Positions 1 through 14,200 of a DNA stretch of 33,000 bases are shown piece after piece; positions within the stretch are counted from its first letter, which is position 1; each line of letters begins with the position of its first letter. Source of the DNA: Paragordius varius (Eukaryota > Animalia > Nematomorpha); the NCBI GenBank assembly GCA_964247055.1, contig OZ176055.1, positions 5,115,001 to 5,148,000 of the forward strand. Direction: 5' to 3'. The notes beneath the pieces are model-generated. The model did no database searches. It was given only the letters and a program-made list of their open reading frames with translations, and was not told where the DNA came from. The position numbers were made by a program, and so were the translations under genes.

Positions 1-853
1 CAGAGCATGTGCGCAGAGATTTTCACGGTGAATCATGCAATGCATTATATATATGTGGTCAGTATTAATACCATCGGATTCCATCTTATTTAACAATAAT
101 TTCACGGTTCCCTTGTTTTTTTCCATCATAGCTGGAGCACCATCTGTTGTCAAACAAGATAGCGCCCTCATATATAATTTATTGTCCTCAATACATTTTA
201 AAATTGCATGAAACATATCATCTCCCTTAGTTGTATTTTTCATCGGAAGTAAGCCTAACATATCTTCTGTTATATTAAAAAATTCATCTATCCCTCGAAT
301 AAAGACTACCAATTGTGATATGTTGCTTTTATCTGTGCTTTCATCAAATGACAAGGAAAATGCCATAAAATTTTGAATTCTTTATTTCAGGGAAAGTTGA
401 ATTTCTTCTGCGATGTCTGTAATTCCTCGACACATAGTATTGCGCGAAAGACTTATACTAGATATTAATTCAACTTTATTAGCCAAAACACATTTTATTT
501 CCAGTACGCATTCCTTTACAAACTCACCATTATAATAAGGCTTCATTTTTTAGGCGAGTAAATTGGCAACAATATAACTTGCCTTTACTATCGGATAAGG
601 TTGCGTGAATGAAAATGTTGGTTGGATTATTAATATTTTTTAAAGATTCTAATTTTATTATTTTCATTTCTGTAGTCATATTAATAAAATCCAAATGCAT
701 GGTATTGGCATGTCTTTTTAAATTATATTCGCGAAACCCGTTTGTCGTAAATTTGCAAATAAGGCACTCCGCTTTGTTGAAAATTTGAGTAAACCCATAT
801 TTTAATTCCCAATCGGGATTGTATTTTCTAGTTACTTTTTTAGATTTATGCAT
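1..853 (-). pseudogene. hAT (Buster/Charlie/SPIN, GTF2IRD2-like) transposase, disrupted; runs off the window start
   Basis: BED-type finger (W..KYGF..CLIC..NLKRH..MH), then ASYIVA..KPYYNGEFVKEC, SLSRNTM, FSLSFDESTD (first D), TTDGAPAM (second D), HCMIH (CxxH). At least 2 frameshifts (about 590 and 175) and in-frame stops. Confidence 0.93.
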
Positions 854-856
854 ATT

Positions 857-1090
857 GAAAGCTAAATAAATTATTTTAAATACCTATTTTTTGCAAGTAA
901 TTTAATTTTTCAATGGACGTTAATTATAATTCCTAGTATTGGTATGAAAGCTAAATAAATTATTTTAATAACCTATTTTTTGCAAGTATTTCAATGTTTC
1001 AATAGACCCAAATTATAATTCCCAATATTGGTATGAAAGCTAAATTAATTATTTTAAATACCTATTTTTTGCAACTAAATTAATGTTTTA
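857..1090. repeat. Tandem repeat, 89-bp unit, about 2.6 copies, in the hAT leader
   Basis: GAAAGCTAAAT...ACCTATTTTTTGCAA recurs at 857, 946 and 1035. Confidence 0.92.
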
Positions 1091-1920
1091 ATTTAATGTG
1101 GTTATTGAAGTTGGAAATAACATGCAGAAAAAAATGTGTTTTATAAATGATTAAATGAATGCGATGATAGATATTTATAATAAATTGTTAAAAGTTTCTA
1201 AAAATAATTTAAATGTCAAAATAAAAATGCATATTTTACATATATAAAACTTTTAAAAAAATTAGAAATTATTTTAAAAAAAAATTTTTTTTTTTCAAAA
1301 TTTTCAAAGAGCCACTCAAAATTTTCAATGAGCCACTAGTGGCTCGCGAGTACCCTGTTGGACACCCCTGTTCTAATATAATAGTTTTCCGATTTTTGCA
1401 TAATATGATTCAATTAATATAATAACCAAACCGTAAATAAATATCGCTTTGGAATATTGTTAAAGTATTTTAATATAAAAATCAGATAACTTGTGTTCAA
1501 ACCAACCTGTAATGAAATGAATTCTACATGTATAATTATCGTACAAACGATATATAATCGTTATACTAAAAATATGATTTTAACGACATATTATTATCTA
1601 TATCGTACTCTGTTTAAAAAAATAAGTCGCTAATGACTAGATGTCTTGATACAGACAGCAACTATTTTTAATTCTAAAATTGGTTTGAATTACTTTTTTA
1701 TGCAATAAAAATTAATTTTTAATTAGAATATTATTTTAAAATAATCCATTTTTTCCCTAAAAAATAGTTTGAAAAAAGATGATAATTTAATTTAAAATCA
1801 ATTATTATTGGGGATTTTTTTAAACTATATCTCTAATAATTAAAACATTATTTATTAGGTTTATAATCAAATATGAGCAAATTTGATATCCATATACTTC
1901 AGACTTTTTCCCATACGCAA

Positions 1921-1974
1921 TTACTTCTCTTTAATTAATTTTATTATTGCCAATAAATCATTTGAATCATATCT
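1921..1974 (-). CDS. TTC27: Candidate TTC27 terminal exon (RYDSNDLLAIIKLIKEK*)
   Basis: Phase 0 acceptor TTTTATTTTAG and a helical-looking peptide. Alternatives: 3507-3355, or read-through of exon 13 to TAA at about 4033. Confidence 0.35.
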   Translation of the reverse strand, partial: RYDSNDLLAIIKLIKEK

Positions 1975-2166
1975 CTAAAATAAAATAAGCGATATAGAAT
2001 ATAAATAGTGCAAAAAAGGAAGGATAAATTTTGTATTTTATATCAACTTGTTTTAGAACCTGAAAAAATTTTTCCGGTGTTACGGAACACAATCCATATT
2101 TTCAGCAATAAAGCTGTTTTCAAATTTTTTGCTTATTATTAATTTATTTCTTAATTTATATATCGC

Positions 2167-2219
<53 letters not shown>

Positions 2220-5200
2220 ATTCGAACATATTTAATAAAATAAAAAGTCAGGCAAAATTAAATTATAATATATTTAAAGATAGATTGAAAAAAAATTTAT
2301 ATGGTAAAAAAAATATACAGTTTTTTTATAAACATTTTAGTTTTCTTATCATATCATCCTAATAAATGATTAATTTAATTTGTTGGGTAGCTGTAATAAT
2401 AAATTTTATTTTTCAGTATTTTTAGTATTTTATTAAAATATTTTTTATATTTAAGACAACAAAATAATATTTTATATTAATAAACAATGTCATCGGGATT
2501 CTCCGATTACGGGCTGGACATGTTGAAAGACGTCAAGATACCCATATCCTTAAAACTATGAAAAATTACTCGGTTCAACTACCAATCAAATCCGGTCGAC
2601 TTCATACCACATGGCACAACACAATAACAAAAGACCTCGATGGTAGAATTAGCCAGATGAAGAAAATATTGGAAAAAAAACTAACGGGTTGATGTATATT
2701 ATTTTGAGTGCAATAACATCTCCTATCTGGCAATGAATGCGTCGCAAAATATTAAAAACGTCTAATCTGAATCATATAATTCAATCTAGTACCAGAAACT
2801 CTTATACAATGATACTATGCATAATATTTAAAATTTTTAAAACTAAAGATCGCTGAGTGCAATATTTAATAAATTAAGCATAAATCTCATATTTCTTCCA
2901 CATATATCATAATTTGTTCAGCCCATTATTTCTAAATTTAGCGTGATTCAGAATATTTGTTGTATAAGTTAATATGATTTTTTTGGTTAAATATTTGTAA
3001 ACGATTTGTGATCAAAAAATTTTACCATTATAATTATTAAAAGATGCTTTTCATATAAGAAATATAAAAGAAATTAGAAACCAAGATAGAAATCGGTTCC
3101 CAATTTGAGGACTAATTCGCCTATTTTCGGCCTAGTAGCAAGGCCTGTTAAAATATATAGAGTTAACCCATAAATTGATACAATTCCGGTCAATTTTAAA
3201 CTATCCTAAGATATTACAAAACATTGGCAATAGGAAAACAACAAAATTTTAATTCTACAAAAATATTTTAAATACCAATAAATCGTAATAAATAATTTTA
3301 AATCATAAGACCCAGAAAACATTTATCCTTGTATGCCGTTTTTGGTAACGAGAATTACCGATTGGACACTAGTGCTATGTATATTACTATAAAACACCCA
3401 TTTTCCGTCTTCAAACCCGAACATGTAGTCAATTTAAAAATAGAAAGTCCACAACTAATATATTTTTCAGCACAAAACTTCAACAAATTAATTTTATTTC
3501 CATGAATCTGAATTTAAAAACAAACATAATAAATTATTTTATCTTTTAATTTTTTTTGGCCAATAAATATATATCTTATCACGATAATTGAAACCAATTC
3601 CTAATATGCAATTTACCCCCCAGATTATAAACCATAATACCGAAAACCAATTTGCTGACTGTAAATATAGTAAAATTAAAGGGTTCTTTCCCTCGTATCA
3701 TCTTTTTAATTTTTTCTGACCGTTAAATTTACACTTATAAAATTTATTCATTTAGAATAGTGTATATATTTTTCATAAATTAAAAAAACCACTTATTTAT
3801 ATTATTTCACCATTTTACAATATGATTGTTATTATTGTGGAAAAACATGTCTTAATGGTAAAATTGCACTCGGACAATTTTATTATCTACTGTGTTTTCT
3901 TGTAAAAAAATGCCACCGCATAGTATGAAATGTTAAAATAAAAAATTTTGCGTTAAAAAAAACATTATTTTTGTTACATTCCAAATGAATGTATTTGAAA
4001 TATAATAAATTTTGTTAAAAAAATGACATATATTAAAAATAAGCACTAAGTACCATTAATTTCAATTTCGTCAAATAGCCATCCAACAAAAGTTTGATAG
4101 AGCATTTGTCGCTTTCCAAAGCAAAATCATAGATAGAACAAATAATTTGCAAGATAGGTAAAAGAGACTGTATCCGTTCTTCGGTTAAATTATCCTTTGA
4201 TAGTATTAAACATTTGACAAAACAATTAAACGCCTAATTTTATTAATTATAATTCTAACCTGTTGATATTCCTTTTGTTTGCAAAAGCTTAACCCTAATG
4301 TGTGCCACAATGAAATGGAATTAAAATCCTAAAGAATAAGTAAATATATACTGTTTTTGAAAGATCAATCAATACATGATGTGAGCGGTTTTGTTTTTCA
4401 TCATCAATCATTTCATCATTAATTATATTCTTAATAGTATCCAAAATTGTGTTCAATATGCATCCTTTCACCTCTTGATATTATAAATAAAATAAGGCTA
4501 GCTCCTATTTAGCCAAAACAATCATATTACAGTATGCATCTTAATGTTTGCTTAGTTAAGCCATTTGCAACACAGTAGAGTAGGGAAAAAGCAACAAAAT
4601 GTTAAATAAACAAACTTTTCCTCTTTCGATACACTACTGAGTTGCTTTGCCCTACTATAGTGTGAAATAAGCAACCATTAAAATGCATACTGTATAATTA
4701 TGTCAAAACTCATATAATAATAAGAGTTTTTTAATTAGTTAAAAAGCTATGGAAGATAAATTTCATGATAAGGAATACGCGAAAATAATTAGCCTTTTGT
4801 ATCATAAACAGTTTTTTACCCTAATATTCACCCATTAAACTGTTTTTATTAGGGGCGTTCAACATAAATGGCTTCGCGAGCCGCATTGAAAAAAAATATG
4901 ACAAATGGGCAATATGGGACTGTAAAAAAATTACGGCAACAATATAACAACTAATTATTTTGATATTTATTATGTTGGCAAAATTTTGGAGGATATATCC
5001 AAATTTGCCTACATTTTAAAAAAACCAAAAAGTTATGTTTATCTTGAATAAACAAATCGTCTGGTTATCTTAACGGTTTTAAATAAAAATTGTGAATAAA
5101 TGTTAGTTTGTCCCTTTAGAACTCATTACTTTAAAAAATCTATATTAAAGAGTATTATGAGATATATATAAATATTTAACGGCCTTAAAATACTCTCTTT

Positions 5201-8200
5201 CCACAATGCGTACGAAAGAGATATATGCTCAATAAATTACACTAGGCAACAAATATGTTTTTTTAACTGTTATTCTTTTAAATTTTATTTCATTAAAGTA
5301 CATAAATAGTATATTTGAAAAAAATTGGTCTAACACATAAGAAGATTTTTTTATTAGGGTTTATCAAATTTTTTTGGCCCCGATTCAACATTAAACTCGA
5401 AATTTTCAAAATTAACAGTTTTAGATATAAAGCCATATATTATATTATTCGAAAGAGCGCGAAAAACTGTGTCTTTCGAAAAAAAATCTCATGTAAAATT
5501 TATTTGGGATATGGTTAAAATTTTCAACCCTTAAATAAGTCAAAAATTTTCACAGGCAAACTTATTTAAAAATCATATGATTTATTTTACTATTGGGGTT
5601 ACATTATTATAAAATTTTGAAAAAATTTTTGAAAAAGCTTTTGGTTTGCTTTTTTTAATAAAAATCATTTTTATCATAATCATTATATCTGGATATTAAA
5701 TTACATAGTTATAACTGTGAATTTATTACATAATGGTTATAAACGATCCAGAATACCTTAACTTATATTTTTAGTCTATAAAATTTTGAAGAAAATAAAT
5801 TATTTATCATTTTTTAACAAAAAACTAAAAAATGGCCGTTAATGACATAAAAGCAATGAATAAGTGTTTTAATCAAAAAAATTTCTTGTGTTTTTTTTGA
5901 TCCTTCATTGCCATCTATACAAAGTCAATTTTCATCCATTAGTTTTAAAAATATATTAATAAAGAAAAACGCTCTCGCTACGCGCGTTTGGCGCTCTTTG
6001 TGTCCAATATTAACTGTCGATGTAAAACATATTAGTAGGCATTTTATAGAGATATTTCATTACTTTTTCGAATGATATATTACAAATAAGCGTTTGTTGC
6101 ATATTTTCAAAGAACATCATTTTTTAGTAAAATTTTGATAAAGAGGGCGCATAATCATAAATAATCAAATTAGAAAAAAATCTTAGGTGGAATTATAATT
6201 ATTATTTTAGATTAACTGTTAAAATGTTAGTAAATATAAGAAAATTCAAAAAACTCGGATGGCATGTGTTATTATTTAAAAATATTATTTATAGTAAATT
6301 ATGTAAATTTTATATTAACTTAATTTTTGAATATAAATTGTAATTATTTTTTTTTCAATTTTTGAGGGCTGTAAAAATTTTTTGGAGAACCGCGTGTTGG
6401 ACACCCATGGTCTATATATACATATAACATTTTTCAGTCAAAAGCCACTTTTACCACACAAAACATTTTTTCATCCAAACGGAATATTTTAAGTTCTTTT
6501 TGGATGGAAAATGTTGAGTTTGCTTGGAAAAATGTTGCGTTTAAAAATATTGCATTTGGCTGAGTGTTGCTTTTGACTGAAAAATATACGCTGTAAAAAA
6601 ATTCTAATTGAGTTAGAAAAATATTTTAAGGCTTATTTTACATTTTCTGATTTTCAGTTAATATTCCCTTTTTTAGATATATTAAAAAATTTCTTATTGA
6701 TTTTTACGCTATGTAAATTTTATTTTTAAAAGCCGTTTTAAGTGTAAAAATATAGAAAAGGTTTTGATAAAAAAGTTAATAATTCTTCACAATATAAAAT
6801 GGCGCAATTGTTTTATGTTGACAATACCCGGTTATTGTGTTAATAGTAATAGGCAGCAGCCTAATTTTGTAAGCCTTTATTAATCTTTTTGTGTAATAAT
6901 GCAAAAATACGTTTAGATAGGTAGTTGTCCTATTCTTCTAGATGATAATAAATAGAGTCGTTTAATATCCCTAAATATATCATTTTTAACAATTTTTACC
7001 ATTTTTGGACTTATTGAATTACGATATAAAAAATTAAATTTATGTTTATCATACCATAAGTAATAATCAAAAATAAATATTATAATAATAAAATTCTTTA
7101 ACTAGGAGAAACAGCAATATACGAAAACTTGCTTTAGAACAACTTGGAATAAGAAAAACACGTATAAATTTGTCTCCTCCTCACCAAATAAATATTGTAA
7201 ATAGCCAAAACCAACATTATCCAAGATATATTTACAATTTTATTTCTTTGGATATATTTTTATATTTACTAATATTATATTTATGTTAATAAAAAATTAT
7301 AATGATAAATTTTAATATCCTGCTATTCTAATAATAATCGACTTTATTCAAAACAAAATTTTAAAAAAAAATTGCGCGGTCCCATGCTTTACAAAAAAAG
7401 AAGTTTAACTTTCTAGTTGATAACGAGTCCCAAATCTGGCCAAAAAAATTGAATCACGTTAGAATATCCGAAAAAATAAATGTTATTATTATTGAATCAG
7501 CTGTAAACAGCCAAATTTAAAATATATATTGAAAGGTCCCTATTCTTGAGGTCTGGATTAGAAAAGATATTCTACAACAATTCCTCTATAAATGCGCCAA
7601 ATTTGAAACCGCTGGTTATTTTACAAATTATTATTAATCATACGACAGCTACTGCTATATTTTCTAAGCCTTTATTGAAACAATTTATTATAAATGAAAA
7701 ATCTTTGGAAATATCCACGATGTAAAATGATACAAAAGTATTGGTATGTGCTGTTCAAGATGCCGTCGGTAAAATTCTGGATAAAAACTAATATGATCAA
7801 ATAATAACGCATCTAATGCATGTTTCTTTGTCCAATAACATCTACGATATTTATTATATTTAAAAAAAATTAATCCTCGATAACTATCTAATGTGAGATG
7901 TGGAATTGAAACATATACTCTGTTTACACCCCTCAACAAAGCCAAGAATTGAAGAAAAAACTCTTTCAAGGATCATCAATACACCAAGCGGAGATTATCC
8001 TATAAAACTTTATCGATAGATTTATTGACAAATGAAATATTATAAACAAAGTGGTGAAATCAAATTAATCTATAGTTTAATAATTTTCAACATCTCTCAA
8101 AAAATTGCCTGATTCGCAATACTCTGTCTCTCCTGCAAGATCAGACTAAAATATATTTACCAAAACAACTACCTTTTACTTCAATTATATCAGTTATCGG

Positions 8201-11200
8201 AACGCTAAAAATCAATATCTCTCTGATATCAAAATAAATTTTGGTTTAATAAACTTACGCTTCAAATACCATGAGTTTCGTCCAGATTTTTTCCGATAAA
8301 TTTAAAATGTCAACAATTAAGCAAAATTCAAAAACACTTTGTCAAAAAAATATAAAAGTTATTTTAAAGGTTTTGTTTTAAAGCTGACTTGTATTGTTAA
8401 TATAAAAAAACTTTTAGCCGTTTCGATAAAACTAAAACTATAAGCAACATAAGAGGTATTTCTCAAAAAAGGTTTGACTTAATATAAAGGGCAAGAAATT
8501 TTAATCAAAAATTTTAGGTAATAGAAATCTTCAACGGAATTTTCTGAATTTATGATTTCTACCATACTTTTTACCATAAAATACGCTTAATATCACCAGT
8601 CATGGAACATTATAAATGGCATTTTGGTATCAATGAATGTAAATGTGATTAGAAAAATAATTATGATGTAATCCCGGATACATTAAAAATTATTATGCAT
8701 TCTATTATGCGTTTATAAAGAACTAGCCTGTTTAGAAATGGAACTTTAAAGTTTAATAAAAATTATGAAATCCTTTCATTTTTATATATATCGTTTACCG
8801 TCAAAAAAATCTTTTTCCAGTAAATCAAAGCGTTTTTTCAAACAATCGACCTTAGTTACATACCCCTAGTCAATTAATGAGCTTTATTTTAAGGAAGACA
8901 AACTAAAGGGGTTGAAAATACTTTTATCATATTTTGATTAAATTTATATAAGAAAAGTGCACAATGGTTATATTTCAACATATGCTATTGGCTTCGACAC
9001 ATAGAAAAGAGAAACGGTTTATAAATGTATAAAAGGATATACATCGTCGATCGTAAACATGACTCAATGCATATCCACAATGATATAGAAATGGAGTGAA
9101 ATCATAAATTGGGTCATTTTTATCGCATGTATGCTAGTGCCCTGTCAGAAATTACGACTAACCGGAATTATTGGACTTGGTTCTCGCTTAGCTTGGATAA
9201 AAAAGTTTTAATGTGGCTGCTCTTAAAATGATAGTATTATGAAAAAGAGTTGTGCAATAAAAAACTTCAGCAATAGTCCAGCTTTGAGAATTGTTAAACA
9301 CCACTAATAATGACATAAATTGGCAAAAGCAGCGGCGCGATTAAAGGAAATAAATTAATAACATATCATAAAAAGAATATATAAAAATGGATAAAATATA
9401 GGCTTATAAACTTAACAAGGAAATAATACCAATAAAATACAAAAGATATATTAAGTTTTATAACCTTGTGTAGACGTCGTTGAAATTTCATACAGTTTTT
9501 CAATGGTTTTAATCACGTCCTCCCAGTGTCTCAGAGCTAGATTAACAGTAAGATAATTTTCCCAAGCTTGCCATGATTCATAATTATATTTTAGGGTTTC
9601 CTTTGGTTATTATATATAAACTATGAGAGTCAATTTCGCTGCATCATATTGTTTTAATTTTAGCTGTATTATGGCTATATTATTCCATGCTTGATAATTA
9701 TCGGGTTCATACATCAGTGTTTTTCGCAAAAAAAATTCGGCCAATTTTAAATCATTAGCTATAAATTAAGATTTATAAAACCAAACTGGCTTTTAAAATA
9801 TAGCTTCAAATATAAGCACCCACATGTATGCAATATATCTGGTTGCACAGGAAATGTTGCGAGAGATTGTTTAAAATGATACAAAGACTTTCGAATCTAT
9901 ATACATATATATAATGTTGACTTTGTTAGTTCGTTTAAAAGACTAAATTTCGCAGTTAATTATGTTTGGAAACTGAAATAAAATTGGGGGTTATACGCCA
10001 TAAAAAGTATGACAAAAGGCGTCGAAGGGCCCCGGCATCTGGGCTACTTTTACCAAAACCAAACCAGGATAATAAGAGAACATTGCAAAAAAATAAACCA
10101 AATATATTACTCTTTTTACAATAAAAATTTATGTTAAACACGAAGCAACAAATTTGAATCTAAAACAAATTTTAATATGCAAAATTTTTTACATGATTTA
10201 AGCATGTCGAAATATGGACAAACCCTGAAAAGTTGTAAAAAAAATTATTAAAACATTTTTTAACTCTTTTTAATAATAGATAGCTGATAGGCTATATGAT
10301 TGGCAAATGTCTTCACTCCGATGGTGTTTGAATAAATTCTATCATAAAAACCTATTACCATATAATTTATTTTTACTCTGCCAAAAAATCGATATTTTAA
10401 ATCTAAATATACCCTTTATTTAATTAAACATGTGAATCAGCTTGCTTTTATTAATACACCGAAAATAAATTTTATAAGTGAAATTCAATCATAGATAATT
10501 TTAAAAATGGATTTTCAAACGTAAAATATTTTGTTTTATGTCAATTATTAATAATTTGGCAAAAATATTAAAAAATTTTGCGAGTTTCGGAGAAAGTCGC
10601 GTTGAGTCGCTAACACGTATTTTACATCCGTAATTTAAAAATAATCTAATAAATAATAGGAAGTATCATTTTAAATACTTTTCTTCAGCATATGTTTTTA
10701 AAACAAAATAAATTAAAATTTCTAAAGTTACCATTTGATACTGTTTCCATGATAAAAAGGCCATCGAATTTTGAGCCAAATAATATGATCGATTGGATAA
10801 TAGCCATGATTTATTATATGAAATTGAATCTACGTCAATATCACCAAGATATTTGAGACATTTAATTTTCTGATAATCGTTCTTCTGAGTTTGCTGGATT
10901 ATTATATGTTTGGCCTAAAAAAGATAATAGGTTATATAAGTAAAAATAGCATGGTACCATAATTCAGTCAATGATCTTGACTAGGGTTGTGCATTTGACA
11001 GCTTTTTCAAAAAAGTCCGGTCAGACCCAGTCAGACCATGGTCATGACCACATTTTACATGAGTAAATATCATGGGATAGGATTGTGAAAATAATGTTCG
11101 AACACTTGCGTTTCACTAATGTCATGTTTTTTCTTAAAAGTTGGTATTATACATTTTTTTGATATTTATTATTTACAAATAAATTTAGCCACATGTTTGT

Positions 11201-14200
11201 GGCCTACTGAATCTTCAAATACATTTGATACTAGATATTTCAAATAAAATATTACGTAGTTTTACATTTTCTATCACTGAAATATCCAATTATAAAATGT
11301 TTTTTTATTTTATTGGTTCATATATATAATTGCATGTTTTGCATAGTGCTTGATTGTTTTTCGAAATAACTGGATAGGCTTAAATGCTAATGTTATATGG
11401 ATGCATTTTTAAAAATTTTTATATTGTTAAATAATCATATTTAAATATTTATTTTGTATTTTTTAAAAAAGATATAAAAAACAATAAAATCTTACCATCT
11501 CTCTTCCAAAAAATTTACCAGCAATTTTTCAAACAACAGATGTTTATTAAATGACCATGGTCAAAAAATAAATAGTCACTGACCTGGTCAATTGACCGGG
11601 TCATGACTTGGTCAGCACAACCCTAATCTTGTCAGATCTATTTCAAAAACCAAAATCAGAAATATTTTGTATTTTTACTTTTTTACGGTGCTATTAAGAT
11701 CTAAACCAGTGGTACTCACCAAAAAAAATAAAGGGCTTCAAAAAAATTATATTGTTTCAAGGGCCGTGAACCATACAATACCGATTATATTTCATAGCTG
11801 TTTGACACATTTTCAGATATTATTAAATAAATTCAGGGTCATAAAAAATCATTTTTAGGGCCGCGGTTTGAGTACCACTGATCTATATTTTTAATATCAC
11901 TGCGACAGTATTTACAATCAACGAATACAAGACAACATTTTGACTTTCTGAAATATATTAATTTGATGACTTTGTAATCGATATGAAAAAAAAGTTTTGG
12001 ATCAATTTTGGCATTAGACTTTTAAAATACGGATATAAAAATTATCCCCTCGAGTATTAAAGGGTTAATCAAAAAATATGACAAAAAATAGAAAAAAATA
12101 TTTCAGCATAAGAAGTTTAAATATCATAAAAATATTGTAATGTTTCCGATACAATTCTATTTATCCTAAATAACATTTACACTTCATTTTGTGATTTGAA
12201 AAAAAATGATTTTATGTTTAAAAATACATTTAAATCGCGAATCACGTTTCGTTAACTTTAATTAAAAAATGCGTTTTTAGAAAACATCTAGAAACTAAAG
12301 TTGAAAATATGTTTTTCTTTAGATTAATAATTTATTAGACACTTAATTTCCAAAATTATATAATATAAAAGGACTGAAATTAGTGATCATGAATTCTTAT
12401 TGTAAAATAACACCGTCCATGCTTATAAACCAGTTTCCAAAATTTAAATTTTAATTAAATTTACATATATATATATATATATGCGCGTCTTAAAAATATT
12501 TAAAAAGTTTATTTAATATTTCATTCTATAAAAATGTAACAATTAAAAGGGTGCTTTTCATAAAAAAATCAAAATGATTAATTAAATATTATATTATTGG
12601 ATTTCTCAATTTGACCCTTGATTTTACATAAATGACCCTAGGAATAATACATAGTTAGATACCTTCTCGAAGTTATTGAGGACTAAATTGAGCTCTATAT
12701 TTTTTTCCCACAACTCTAGGTGTTCATATATATTTGCAGCTAAATCCAAAGATCCAATCATTTCATATATTGAGGCCAATAACAACTTTATAACAAAAAA
12801 ATAAAAAAGGATTAGCAAATAACACAATGCGACTTCAACACATCTGATTCAAAATTCTCTTTATAATTATTTTGCATTAAGAAATTTATAATCTTACATA
12901 AGCCGTTATAGTTTAGAAAATTCTATAAAATTTACTTTTTTGATAATTTGATTAAATTTTTATCGTTTCATTTGAATAATCTTATAAATTACATATTATT
13001 AAGTGAATAAAAATGTTTAATTTGACATACCAAATTGTATAAACTATATTTGTTGACAAGTTAATAATTTAAAAACTTTGAGGTATTATAGCTGCTCATG
13101 GAGAGAACACGTTAAAAGTTATTATATCATTTTAATGAAAAATTCATTGTACAAATTGGCAATATCTATTTTAATCGCAAAATATTATTTTTTATACTTC
13201 TGATGCGAGAATTTTTTCTGAGCTATAAAATCTATGAAAACCGATAGTGGCACTCAATTCGGTCAAAAAAGTTTATATATCGTATAATATATATATATAT
13301 ATATATTCAATAAAATAAATGTAATAAAAAATGTATTAGTTTATGGAATTTTAGAGCGAAATAAAATAAATTTTAACATCTTCTATAACGAAATAATAGT
13401 TCTGATGAGAGTTCATAAAATTTTATGGAATTTATAAATAGATGGTTGAGTATTTAGATAAAACCTTCATATCTTGATAAGTCATTGGCAAAGATTCAAA
13501 TAAATATTCCTTTCTTTGTTTATATAAATTGGATGATTTTGACATATCCAAATGTTTGATGATATTTTCCAATTGTTGTAATGATCGCGATAATCGCCGT
13601 CTCGATTTATACTCTATAGTGCAACGCAACTGTAACGCAGCTAATTTGATTGACCAACAAGTATTCGGAGAGTTGATAATTATCTAAAATTTAATGCAAA
13701 TTATATATATAATCCAGTAATACAACAGAAACCGATCAAAATTGATTCCACAATTATTACGTTTGAAAAAGGAAGTTTCTCATATTAAAGTAGATAACAT
13801 TAGGGCTTTATCAAACTGTAAAAAAGTTTATTTAAACCTTGAATGAGAATAAATTAATACAAGAAATGGAAAATTCGAAATTTTTAATAATAGAATGTGA
13901 AACGATTCCGACTTTTGGGCAAAAAACTCCCTATACCAAAACACTGAATCTTTAAAATTTTTCTGCGTTAAATTGAATGAAAAATATTTATTGTATAAAT
14001 TGGAGGTTTGGAAATTGTACACTCTTTAATTTTGTTGCAAATATCAAAATGTTCTTTTTGATAAAAGGCTTAATCATTTTTAAGATATAGATATATTGGG
14101 TATATACATTAATATTAATAGTAATAAAAATTAAAATGTTATGTGTCACAATCGCAAGTTATTCTCATTCATATTTGAGGCCTAAACAGGTATCTTTAAT

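Larger units (their letters stand above)
1..1370 (-). mobile_element. Left part of hAT DNA transposon
   Basis: TIR CAGGGGTGTCCAAC (rc at 1357-1370) with subterminal GAGCCAC palindrome; flank TTCTAATA fits the Buster NNNTANNN target. Confidence 0.88.

Noticed and set aside
2129-2362. ORFs with YIYIYI runs (also 26985-27215)
   Set aside because: Held open by (TA)n microsatellites
7688-7969. 93-aa minus-strand ORF as a TTC27 exon
   Set aside because: No phase-compatible splice sites, TTC27 homology is continuous without it, and the + strand looks like decayed Gypsy pol
8951-9211. Nested + strand gene with 19- and 36-nt introns
   Set aside because: It can be spliced in frame but has no recognisable homology and overlaps the decayed LTR-element remnant; likely chance
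13710-14080. Possible Mutator-like transposase remnant
   Set aside because: Reading frame is riddled with stops and no convincing catalytic motif is visible
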